64,000 nt of DNA from Stegostoma tigrinum (Eukaryota), in contig NC_081357.1 in NCBI RefSeq assembly GCF_030684315.1, forward strand, positions 101,875,558-101,939,557. The letters run 5' to 3'. Both the position numbers and the translations under genes were made by a program. This document shows positions 37,621 through 48,850 of the stretch, piece by piece (positions within the stretch are counted from its first letter, which is position 1; each line of letters opens with the position of its first letter). The notes beneath the pieces are model-generated. The model did not search any database and was not told where the DNA came from. It was given only the letters and a program-made list of their open reading frames with translations.

Positions 37621-40096
37621 CTGATTCAATTTAAATTGACAATTTCAGTAATTGATGTCTCATTCATAGAGCCTTAAAAGTCTTTCAGCTATCTACTTTT
37701 GTAGCTGTTATTTTGTCTACCTGACAGTTTGCATTAAATTAATCCCAATGGTCCGGCTTTTCTATAGGTTAAATCTCTGGCCCTTGACTTCATAGCCGTA
37801 TCTGTGCCTTATGCCCTGTGCTCATTATGGTGGTGCATTCATTGTGACAATGAATATTCCTCCCTTAGCATCTATTGTTCCCTGGTCCTGGTCCTTTGTG
37901 ACATTAATTTAAAGTTTCTTACTCTTGTCTAACAGGAATATTTTACTTTGATTGTGGAGTTCCAAAGTGGTTACTTCATAGCCACCTCTCAAATTGGGAC
38001 TGTCTGTGCGGATCAATCTTCTGTAAGGAATGTGGAATGACCAAGTATGACTCTTACTAACCTTCACTTTTGTGTGCTCCTTAGCAGTTCTGAAGTGAAA
38101 GTTTTGGCTTGGAGACCTCTTTCTGCTTTGTTTTTCCTTCCTCAAGTTCTCCTGACTGTTTGCTTATTTCAGCACTTGCAGTTGTCGGTTGTGTGAGTCA
38201 TTCTTAAATTGGTGATGAATTTAAAAATATCATCTGAATTGGACTTCTGGAAATTTATTTTCCTGGATGAATGGATTTTTTCACCCCGTATCTTATGGTA
38301 TTAAGCAAAATATACCAACCGCTGATCACCACGTGGTGCTTTTTCAATTCAGTAATAGGATGAGGCCATCGCCAGCTGGGCCAACATTTGTTGCCCAGAA
38401 GACAGTTAAGATTCAACCACATTGCCGTGGGACTGGAGTCACATGTAGAAGAATGCTACCATTCCTCGATCATTGACTGGATTAAAGACACCATTTGGCT
38501 TAACTTGATAGAGGAACAACCACTAATAAGCCTTATCACGAAGAGATTCTCATTTTAGCAAGATGTAATTTATTGCATGAAAGTAATCAGACTGAATTTT
38601 CCCCAAAATTGCCTATATTTCAATACTGAGGAGGTTCAATGAGGTTTCCTTTCATGAGCCCCCATGATTTTTCGAACGCAACTGCATGCTGGTCACGTCA
38701 TTAAGAATGTACCACACATCCATGGTGTCACTCTTATGCTATGTTATGCTCAGCAATGGTGAAACACTTGCTGATGTCAGAACAGTCCCCATCTGATTAT
38801 CGGACACAATGTGCCTCTTCAAATGTGCAGCAATCCGCTCCTGCTTCCAGCAATCCTTGTGTTTATCATTAAACAAGTGATTTGCAAAAAATTGTCATAA
38901 AAATAATCACTCAAATCATTAGGTAATAATTTACCATGGTATCACATCATCATTGAAATTAATACTGTATCAACTTTGTGTTTTGGATTGAACATATAAT
39001 GCCATAATTCAAATGACATTTTATTATATTTCACATTAAAGCAATATCAATTAGTATGAGGCAGGCAGTCACCTTACAATTGCAAAATTGTTTGAAAATT
39101 ATTCAAGGACTTTATTGCGCCATTATCTTTGGTGCTTCATCTGGTCTTTTAAGTATAAACAAGGGAATATAATTGCAAAAACTGGTGTAGAATTATCACA
39201 ATTATCTCAGTGTGTGTTCAAGTACTTTATAATGAATGTGTTTTAATTGTTCCTTTTATTTCTCATTAATGAAAAATGCTGCTCCATTAACAGCCCATGA
39301 AATATGACCTCATCCAAATAACAGCCAAAAATAGAAAGAAATTTCAGCTTTTGGCAAAAAGCAACTCCACATATGGTTGGATATGTGAAACCTACACGAT
39401 AATTATATAGTTGGAGATGCACTGAGTTCAGTTATCTCCAGAATCAATAACTTTGTTATGATAATCATATTTCCTTGATCTGCTTATTAGATGTGCTGCC
39501 ATTGTTCCTCAAAGAAAATAAGTTATTTTCTCTAAATGCAAGATATTTTCAGTTACCTGCTGTGACACCATACTTTTAAAGTTGATAACCAATAACAATG
39601 ACAGCAGCAATGAATTAAGTTAGCTGAAGAGGTCAACATTATATAGTATGGCTATTCGTAACATTTATTTTCTGCAAAACTTATCCAATGGCCCTGTTAT
39701 TGTAAAATGATTATAAAAGAAAGATGTTGAGTTAGGAAGTTAATGCAAACACTTTCAGACCATTTAATGTTTTCTCCCTGAAAAGTTATGTTAAATATTG
39801 CTGCAGGACATTGAAATAACGTAAGATGGTTACTGATAAATAAGTGTACATTTTCAAATATGCATTGACGGTCAATATTAATGTTTAGTTATCAGATGGC
39901 ATAGTGAAGGAGATCACAAAATTATGGAGCATTTTGAGGTACCAGAGGCAGATGTACGGCCAATATTATCAGAAATCCCCAGGCCTTTCAGTTCAAGAAG
40001 GCTAAAGGCACAAATTGACTTTAAAACACCAAAATCCTTCTTGAGTCTAATAAAACAAAACAATGTTCTGCTTTGCATTCATTGCAACTGACAGTA

Positions 40097-40210
40097 AAAA
40101 GCAGAAATCTTCATTCTCCAGAAGCCTTCCATAAAAAAACAGAAATCTTCATTTTCCAGAAATCATCCATAAAAAACAAAAGTATTTATTCTCCAGAAAC
40201 CATCAATAAT
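40097..40210. repeat. ~38-bp tandem repeat, 3 copies
   Basis: AAAAAACAGAAATCTTCATTCTCCAGAA(G/A)C(C/A)TCCAT x3, degenerate. Confidence 0.85.
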
Positions 40211-40639
40211 TTTTTTTGTTGAGTGTCTTTTAAAAACTGGTTGATTGGCTCAACTATGCTCAAGAGGAAAGTTTATTTTTTGTCATGATGTTCTTGCGAT
40301 GTTACTGATTTGATCTGAATAATTTTGAAAATCATAGATGTTTCTTTATAAACGTTATTAAATATTCCCTCCAGTAACAGGATGATAAAGAAATAGGTTT
40401 TCAGATATCATAAAACAAATGCCTTACATTACATTGAGTTAATACACCATTCCACAATAGTCCATGTTTTACAATGGGAACAACATTAAGGTTAATAGTC
40501 CATTCATCATTATTATGGAGTAAGCCAAACAGCATCCTCTAAACATTGCACATTATTAGTTAAATACAGGGATCCAGAATTGTAGTCTGACTTACCTTGC
40601 TCCTCCACAGGCTGTAAAGTATTGTCATTGTCATTGGGA

Positions 40640-40752
40640 ATCAAGGTGGTTAGCGGAGATGGAGTCAGAGAGGTCCAGGAAGGAGAGAGAGGTATCAGAG
40701 ATGGTCCAGGTGAACTTGAGGTTGGGGTGGAAGGTGTTAGAAAGTTGATGAA
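40640..40752 (-). mobile_element. Short PLE RT fragment
   Basis: GAGATGGTCCAGGTGAACTTGAGGTTGGGGTGGAAGGTGTTAG matches 41690-41785. Confidence 0.75.
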
Positions 40753-40825
40753 TATGATTGTCCACCTAGGAAATTCTATGTTAATGATCATGGGTCTGTG
40801 GCCCTTGTGGCCATATATTTGCCAG

Positions 40826-42520
40826 AGATAGTAGGAACTGCTGATGCTGTAGTCTGAGATAAAAGATGGAGCTGGAGGAACAGAGGAGGCCAGGCAGCAT
40901 CAGAGGAGGAGGAAAGATAACGCTTTGGGTCTGGGCCCTTCTTCAGAAATGGGGGAGGGGAAGGAAGCTCTGAAGTAAAAGTGGGGGGGAGTACGTGTAG
41001 GGTGGGCGGTGATAGAAGATTGATAGTGGAAGAGGCCACATCGGGAACAGCGACACGATAGGCCACATTAGTGGATGTGTACGTGAACACCTGTTGAATG
41101 TGGAAGGTTTTTTTGGGGCCTGGGATGAGGGTGAGGGGGGAGATATAGGGGCAGGTGTCGTACTTCCTGTGGTTGCAGGGAAAGGTTCCGGCGGTGGTGG
41201 GGCTAGTGGGGAGTGTGGAGCGGACAAGGGAGTCACAGAGAGTGTGGTCCCTCTGGAAGGCAGATAAGGGTGGGGAGGGAAATATATCCTTTGCAGTGGG
41301 GTCAGATTGCAGGTGGCGGAAGTGGTGGAGAATGATGTGTTGAATCTGGAGGTTAATGGGGTGATATGTGAGGACAAGCGGAATTGTGTCTTTGCTTTTA
41401 TTGTGGGGAGGCAGTGTGAGGGCTGAGGTGCAGGAAATACAAGAGATGCTGTCGAGGGTGTTTTTGACCACTGTGGGGGCAAATTGAGGTCCTTGAAAAA
41501 AAAGACGACAAATGGAATTTCCAGGAGTGGAATGCCTCATCTTGGGAGCAGATGCACCCTGGGCAAGGGCAGAGGAATTGGGAATAGGGGATGGCATTCT
41601 TGCAGGAAGGTGGGTGAGAGGAGGTATAGTCTAGGTAGCTGTGGGAGTCAGTGGTCTTGAAATAGATATCAGTTGACAGATGGTTACCAGAGATGGAGAC
41701 AGAGAGGTCCAAAAAGGAAAGAAAGTATCAGAGATGGTCCAGGTGAACTTGAGGCTGGGGTGAAAGGTGTTAGTAAAGTTGATGAACTGTTCAAGCTCTT
41801 TGTGGGAGCACGTGGCGGCGCCGATACAGTCATCAATGTAATGGAAGAAGAGTTGGGGCTTAGGGCCAGTGTAGCTGCAGAAAAGGAATTGTTCCACATA
41901 CCCTACAAGGAAGGAGGCATAGCTTGGGCACATGTGGGTACCCATGGCCACCCCCATTGTCTGTAGGAAGTGGAAGGAATTGAAAGAGAAGTTGTTGAAG
42001 ATGAGGACGAATTCAGATAAGCAGATGAGGGTGTCAGTGGAGGGGAACTGGCCGGGCCTGCGGGAGAGGAAGAAGCAGAGGGCCTTTAGACCATCTGCAT
42101 GGGAAATGCAGTTGTGTAGGGACTGGACATCCAAGGTGAAGATGAGGTGTTGGGGGCCAGGGAATCTGAGGTTTTGGAGGATGTTGAGAGTGTGGGTGGT
42201 GTCTTGGACGTAGGTGGGGAGTACTTGGACCGGGGGGAGAAAATAGAATCAAAATAAGTGGAAATGAGTTCAGTGGGGCAGGAGCAGGCAAACACAATCG
42301 GTCGACCAGGGCAGACGGGTTTATGGATTTTGAGAAGGAGATAGAAACCGGCGGTGCAGGGTTTGGGAATGATGAGGTGGAGGCTATGGGTGGGAGGTCA
42401 CTTGAGGTGATGAGGTTATGGATGGTCTGGGAGATGATGTTTTGGTAGTCAGGCATGGGGTCATGATCAAGGGGGTGATAGTAGGAGGCGTCAGAGATTT
42501 GGTGCCTGGCATCGGTGAGA
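40826..42520 (-). mobile_element. Neptune-like PLE (RT + partial GIY-YIG, internal deletion, family A-type terminus)
   Basis: MDVQSLH, GVAMGTHMCPSYAS, FFHYIDDCIG, YLDYTSSHP. Terminus 40826-40950 with minus-strand CTGAAGAAGGGCCCAGACCCAAAGCG. Confidence 0.92.
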
Positions 42521-42809
42521 GAAAGGTTGTTTCCGGGACATGGTAGTGGCCCTTAGCCTTAAAATGATTGGCATTCCATCCTCTGGTTCCTTTTCTGTAC
42601 TTCTACTTGACGAATGGGTATTCTTGAAGAATTATGTTGTCTCATGCAACAGTTTCCTCCATGAGGGTTTCTTCTGAGTGGAGAGTGTCCCATACATTGA
42701 CATCTATGTTGGCATTTCTTGAGGGACGTCTTCAGGGATTCTTTGAGATGCTTCCTTTGACCTCATCTTGCTCAAATGCTTTACGTGAGCTGGACACTCA
42801 GCAGTCACA

Positions 42810-43362
42810 TGAGACCAGATTACAGTCCAACAGGTTTATTTGAAATCACAAGCTTTTGGAATACTGCTCCTTCATCAGTTGACTTCACCTGATGAAGGAC
42901 CAGTGCTCCAAAACCTTGGCTAAGAAGGCTAAGAGGGGGTTTAATAGAGACATACAAGATGATCAGAGGATTAGATAGGGTGGACAGTGAGAGTCTTTTC
43001 CTGAGGATGATGACTTTGGCTTGTATAAGGGGGCATAGTGGCAAATTGAGGGGCGATAGATTTAAGACAGATGTCAGAGGCAGGTTCTTTACTCAGAGAG
43101 TGGTAAGGGCGTGGAACACCCTTCCTGCCAATGTAGTTAACTCAGCCACATTAGGGAAATTTAAACAGTCCTTGGATAAGCATATGGATGATGATGGGAT
43201 ATTGTAAAGGGATGGGCTTAGATTAGTTCACCGGTTGGCGCAATATTGAGGGCCAAAGGTCCTGTTCTGCGCTGTATTGTTTGATGTTCTATGTTCTATA
43301 ACCTGGTGTTGTGTGATATCTGACTTTGTCTTCCCCAGTCTAACACAGGCACCTCCACATCA
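42810..43362. mobile_element. Family D fold-back element with two inverted hammerhead motifs, split by a CR1 insertion
   Basis: CACCTGATGAAGGACCAGTGCTCCAAAACCTT (+, ~42886) and CTGATGAAGGAGCAGTATTCCAAAAGCTTGTG (-, ~42848-42878). The right arm resumes at 43300. Confidence 0.75.
42920..43298 (+). mobile_element. CR1/HER1 LINE 3' fragment
   Basis: LIETYKMIRGLDRVD...RGRFFTQRVVRAWNTLP; tail (TTCTATG)n. Confidence 0.9.
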
Positions 43363-43369
43363 TTCCTGG

Positions 43370-44225
43370 AGTTGAGCAAAGAAGATTGCTTTGGCTGTCA
43401 GAACTCACAGATCTGAAGGCCCAACTGTGTTGGTTTCAGATGATTGAGGCCTCAGTGCTGGTGTTAATAGCTGCTTTAAGGATGCTGATGTTAGAATGGG
43501 CTTATCTTCCCAGCTGATGTACAGAATCCAGTTCAAACAGTGTTGATAAAAACCAAAAGAACTGCAGATGTTGTAAATCAGCAACAGTTCTGAGGAACGG
43601 TCACTGAACCTGAAAAGTTAACTCTAACTTTTTCTTCAAAGATGCTGCCAGACTTGCTGAGCTTTTCCAGCAACTTCTGTTTTTTGTTCAAACAGCATTG
43701 ATGTACTTCTCAAGGATCTTAAATGGTGCCTATGTGTAAGTTTCAGAACTATATAGAAGAGACAGGAGAATGGTGCCTTATGTAAAATGATCTTGGTATC
43801 GTCATGTATGTAATGGTCATTGAAGGCTATCATCCTTAGGTGTTCAAAGGTAGAACTTGCAGATTTAACTCGATGTAGAATCTTTACATTGATATCAGCC
43901 TTAGATGAAGAGTAGCCCTCTCGGGAAGAAAAATGTTCCAAGTTTGGGAGCAGCTCTCTATTAATCTGAATAGTTTGGGAGCAGCTCTCTGTTGATCTGA
44001 AGGGAGGGATGGATCAGAATTTGATGTGAGATGAGTTGGTAAAGGATCTAAGTCATCTTGAGGTTGAGGCTGAGACCAATTTTTTAGTATGCTTCCGTGA
44101 AGATATCAAGTGAAGCTTGAAAATTCTATTCTGAGAGAACGAAGATGATATTGCCATCTGCATACTCAAGTTCCACAGGTGAGGTTAGAGTTATTTTCTA
44201 CCTGGATTTAAGGCTGTAAACTTGC
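43370..44225 (-). mobile_element. RTE-clade LINE RT fragment (BovB-like motifs), interrupted
   Basis: VELEYADG (YADD-like), KIGLSLNLKMT, SSKADINVKILHRVKSASSTFEHLR, then QHCLNWILYISWEDK...NQHSWA across the 43548-43685 insertion. 31-bp tandem duplication at 43940-44000. Confidence 0.85.
43548..43685. mobile_element. Short family B fold-back element with TSD
   Basis: TSD GTTCAAACAG(TG/CA)TTGAT at 43531-43547 / 43686-43702. Core AGTTCTGAGGAACGGTCACTGAACCTGAAAAGTTAACT. Confidence 0.85.
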
Positions 44226-45208
44226 TGTGCTTACCCAACAGCTAATTGGTAAACATGCCAAAAAATAATTAGGGCTGGTGCATTTAGGCATAGTTGAATT
44301 TTTAATGGCATGATTAATTTTAATTACTGCTAATTAACCTTCCTGACCTAAAATTTTAATTGTACAAATTTGTTCAGAATTTAATTAGCATTGAAAATTT
44401 GATATTAATTACTTATGTTTTACTTCTTCTGCCAGTTTCTTGTATTAATCTTGATCTTAATCAGATCTTTATTTTGCAATCATTATTTTGTTTACTGCAC
44501 ATGATTTAAATATTGTCTATGATTCTCAGATTGTATTGCAAGGTTTAAGCTCGGCAGGCTGAGTCAAAACAGAATCAGCTAATTATTAATTTTGTTGAAT
44601 TTCATTTAGGCTTTGCCTCCATGAAGCCCGACATGTTTTCTCACACTCTGTTTATATACATATCTCATTTACCATACACCATGCCCCATTGGTGCCTGGC
44701 TCCTCTGATTCATCCATTTGACATTGACAGAGGTTCTCAACACTGCCAGAATATCCCATATTCCCAGGTGGCCATGCTATCTTTGTGTCCCAGTTGTGCA
44801 CTCAGTCAAGCATTGGCAGTCCAGAGTTATCCTTCTTTGTGAATATGGTGGGGTAACGAACGCAAACCAACGCTTCTCAGGGTACATCTGTGGCACAATT
44901 TTTTGCACGTACTACTGCACATTTCTACATCCATCGCTGTTGAAGTACCAAGCTACACAGCTTGCTATTGGTAGACAAAACAGTGTTATGAAATGGCCCT
45001 CTTAATGCGATGTGTGCACAGTCTATCACACCCTGCAGCTATCTTGCAAAGTGTCAGACCTGGGCTACTGCACTGACCTCACTTTAGGATGGAGTGGTGT
45101 GATCTAGCACAAATAGCTGGTAGGTGTCAACCTTGATACGTTTGTGTGCGGCCGCCATTTTATTCGTCATTGGGATGTCGTGGTTACCCACTCCTTCAAA
45201 TTGAAGCC

Positions 45209-46077
45209 CATAAGACCGTAAGGCCATAAAACATAGGAGCAGAAATTAGGCTATTCAGCCCATCGAGCCTGCTCTGCCATTCAGTCATGGCTAACAAGTT
45301 TGTCAACTCCATTCTCTTGCTTTCTCTCTGTAACCCTTGATCTCCTTGACAATCAAGAACCGAGCTATCTCTGTCTTAAATATACTCAATGACCTGGCCT
45401 GAACAGACTTCTGTGGCAATGAATTCCATTGATTCACCATTCTCTGGCTGAAGAAGTTTCTCCTTATCTCCGTTCTAAACGGTTGTCCCTTTACTCCGAA
45501 GCTATGTCCTTGGGTCCTAATCTCTCCTACCAATGGAAGTGTCTTCCTAACATCCACTCTGTCCAGGCTGTTTACTATTAGCTTCAATTAGATCCCCTTT
45601 TCATCTTCTAAACTCCAAGTACAGACCCAGAGTCCTCAAACATTCCTGATATGTTAAGCCTTTCATTCCTGGGATCAATGTCATGAACTTTCTCTGAACC
45701 CGCTTCAGGTTCAGTATATCCTTCCTTAGGTATGGGGCCCAAAACTGCTCACAATACTGTCTGAACAGAACTCTATAAAGCCTCAGAAGTACATCCCTGC
45801 TTTAATATTTAGTTCCCTTGAAATAAATGCTAACATTGTATTTTCCTTCCTAACCAGCAAGTTTACCTTAAACAAATCTGGGACTAGAACTCCCATGTCC
45901 CTCATATTTCTGAATTTTCTCCCTATTTAGAAAGTAGTCTATACCTTCATTCTCTGATGAAGGCTCTGATGAAGGGTCTAGGCCCGAAACGTCAGCTTTT
46001 GAGCTCCTAAGATGCTGCTTGGCCTGCTGTGTTCATCCAGCTCCACACTTTGTTATACCTTTATTCTTCCTACCAAG
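45209..46077 (-). mobile_element. CR1/HER1 LINE 3' fragment
   Basis: EIRRNFFSQRMVNQWNSLPQ; tail (CATAAGAC)n on the plus strand. Related to 51598-52383. Confidence 0.9.
45954..46053 (+). ncRNA. 100-bp hammerhead-only PLE terminus insertion with TSD; intact minimal hammerhead core 45966-45993
   Basis: CTGATGA-A-GGGTCTAGGCCC-GAAA-CGTC. TSD TATACCTT(C/T)ATTCT at 45940-45953 / 46054-46067. Confidence 0.8.
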
Positions 46078-46589
46078 TCCTGCACCAGACACAGTTCTGT
46101 GACACTGTGCTGTAACATTCTCAGTCTGTATTGGCAGGCTGCCTCACACATCTGGAGGAAATGGCATTGAGGGCAAAAAGACTCTGGCCCTCCTGTATCC
46201 CTTGAAGAATCTGAGGGACCATCAGCTGTGATGTCATCCTGGGAGGATGGTGGCAGCCCCGGAAGTTGCTGTTGGTCCTGTGCTGGTGCATTGATTCCTC
46301 CTCAATTTCTCTGCATTTTCACTGCACTACAGTAACGGTGATGATAAACATGCTGGATCCAGCAATCACATTTGCAATGAACCTGTGTGGGGAATGTAAG
46401 AGACAATCTAGGAACATGAGCAGCCAGCAGCCACATCACTTACAAATGACAGTTTAACATATATCTTCATCCTGTGGGACATGGGGGACTATAGCAAGGA
46501 GGGCCATGGAATGACTCCATATTGATGTTTTGTGTAGGGACCTATTACTGATGAATGCAGCTCCAGTCATGTCACAAAGAGACAGTAAA

Positions 46590-48527
46590 AGGTTGTGCAC
46601 AAAAACCAGGACAAATGCAACTTGGCCAGTTGTTGCCCAATCTACCTGCTGTCGATCATCAATAAGGTGAAGGAAGATGCCATTAGCAGTGCTATCAAGC
46701 AGCACCTGCTCAGCAATAACACCCAGTTTGGGTTCTGCCAGGGCCACTCAGCTCCTGTTCTCATTACAACCTTGGTTCAAGCATGGACACAAGAGCTGAA
46801 TTCCAGAGGCGCGGTGAGAGTCATAGTTCTTGACATCACATCTGCATTTGACCAATATCCCATCAAGGGGACCTAGAAAAACTGGAATCAATAGGTACCA
46901 GGGAGCAAACTCACTGCTGATTGGAGTCATAGCTGGCACAGAGAAAGATGATCGTGGTTGTGTGAGGTCAATCATTTCAGCTGCAGGACCTCTTTGCAGG
47001 AATTCCTCAGGGTAGTGTCCTCGGCCCAACCATCTTCAGTCACTTCATCGATGACCTTCCTTCAATCATAAGGTTAGAAGTGGGGATGTTTTCAGATGAT
47101 TGCACAATGTTCAGCACCATTCACAACTCGTCAGATACTGAAACAGTTCACATTCAAATGCAACAATATCTGGACAATATCCAGGCTTGAGCTAAAAAAT
47201 GGCAAAAAGAATTGTGTCACACAAATGCCAGAAAAAAAATTATTATCTTTTATAAGAGACAATCTAATTATTGCTCCTTGACATTGAATGGTGGTACCAT
47301 GACTCAATATCTCACTATCAACACTGAGGGTTATCATTGGCAAGAAACTTGACTGGACTTGCCATTTAACCAGAACAATAGTCCTCTTGTGTCACAGTGG
47401 TGATGCCCCTACTTTTCAGCCAGGAGACCTGGGTTCAAGTCCCACCAGCTCCCGAGATGTCTCATAATTTCTCTAAATAGTGTGATTCAAAATATCTATG
47501 AATACAATGGCTACAGGGGTAGGTCGTAGCTTCAAAATACTGTAGTGAGTAACTCACCTCCTGATTTACCAAAGCTTATCCATCATCTAGAGTGTGAGAG
47601 TGACCTGATAGAAGTTTATAAAATAATGAGGTATACGTAGAGTTAATGGTAATTGTCTTTTCCCTGGGATGGGGCAGTTCAAAACTGGGGGACACATTTT
47701 TAAGGTGAGAGGAGAGAGATTTAAAAAATACATGAGAGGCAAATTTTTCACACGGAGGGCAGGCCGCGTGTGAAATGAACTTTATGATGAAGTGATGGAT
47801 GCAGGTACAATTACAACTTTTAAAAGACATTTGGAAAGGTACTTGAATAGGATAATTTTGGAGCGATATGGGCCAGGAGCAGGCAGGTGGGACGATATTA
47901 ATTTGCAATTATATTCATCATGAACTGGTTGGACTGAAGGGTCTGTTTCTGTGCTGACTGACTCTTTGACTTTATGACTTTATCTACAAAGCACAAGTCA
48001 GAAGTGTGACAAAATAGTCCCTACTTGCCTGGATGAACGCAGCTCCAACAACATTTAGGAAGCTTGATACCACCCAGGATAAGGCAACCAACTTGACTGG
48101 CACCACATTCATTCGCTCCACCCCTAATGCGCAATAGAAGCAGTGCATACCATCTACAAAATAGACTACTTGTATGTAAAACGTACAAGGTTCACAAAGG
48201 ATCTTTAGACAGCACCTTCTAAATGTCTGACCACTTCTACCTAGAAGGACAAAGGCAGCAGTTATATGGAACATCACCGCCTGCAAGTTCTTTTCCAAGT
48301 CAAGAGAGTGAGTGACTTTCCAAGTCGCTCATTCTCTTGACTTGGAAATATATTGTTTCTTCACTGTCACAGAGTTGAAATCCTGGAATTCCCTCCCAAA
48401 TGGCACTGTGGATCAACCCACAGCATATGGAATGCAGTGGTTCAAGAACCAGTACCTTCTTGAGGGCAACTAGGGATGTGCAATAAATGGTGGCCAGCTA
48501 GAGGTGCCCACATCTCATTAAAAAAAA
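46590..48527 (+). mobile_element. CR1/L2-group LINE RT and 3' end with nested insertions
   Basis: NNTQFGFCQGHSA, VIVLDITSAFD, GIPQGSVLGPTIFS, MFSDD; tail GGGCAACTAGGGATGTGCAATAAATG...poly-A. Nested tRNA-like SINE (~47382-47500) and CR1. Confidence 0.88.
47595..47982 (+). mobile_element. CR1/HER1 LINE 3' fragment
   Basis: GTGACCTGATAGAAGTTTATAAAATAATGAG...GAAGGGTCTGTTTCTGTGCTG plus (TGACTCT)n-like tail. Matches 63530-63886. Confidence 0.85.
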
Positions 48528-48603
48528 AGCATTGTGGAATGAGTACTGGGTCCCTTGTGCTCCCTGCCCCATATTGCATAAAAAATGCAGCATTGCTATA
48601 AGA

Positions 48604-48827
48604 TAATAAAGTGTGGAGCTGGATGAACACAGCAGGCCAAGCAACAACTCAGGAGCACAAAAGCTGGCGTTTCGGGCCTAGACCCTTCATCAGAGAGGAG
48701 GATGAAGGGTCTAGGCCCGAAACGGCAGCATTTGTGCTCCTGAGATGCTGCTTGGCCTGTTGTGTTCATCCAGCTCCACACCTTGTTATCTTGGATTCTC
48801 CAGCATCTGCAGTTCCCATTATCACTA
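48604..48827. mobile_element. Young family A fold-back element with two inverted hammerhead motifs and perfect 16-bp TSD
   Basis: Arms 48602-48691 / 48701-48791 with a loop of about 9 nt, then a ~36-nt unpaired tail. TSD CAGCATTGCTATAAGA at 48588-48603 / 48828-48843. Confidence 0.95.
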
Positions 48828-48850
48828 CAGCATTGCTATAAGAGCAGGTT

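Noticed and set aside
40097-40210. CRISPR-like repeat array
   Set aside because: Contiguous tandem units without unique spacers, in a eukaryotic context with no cas genes.
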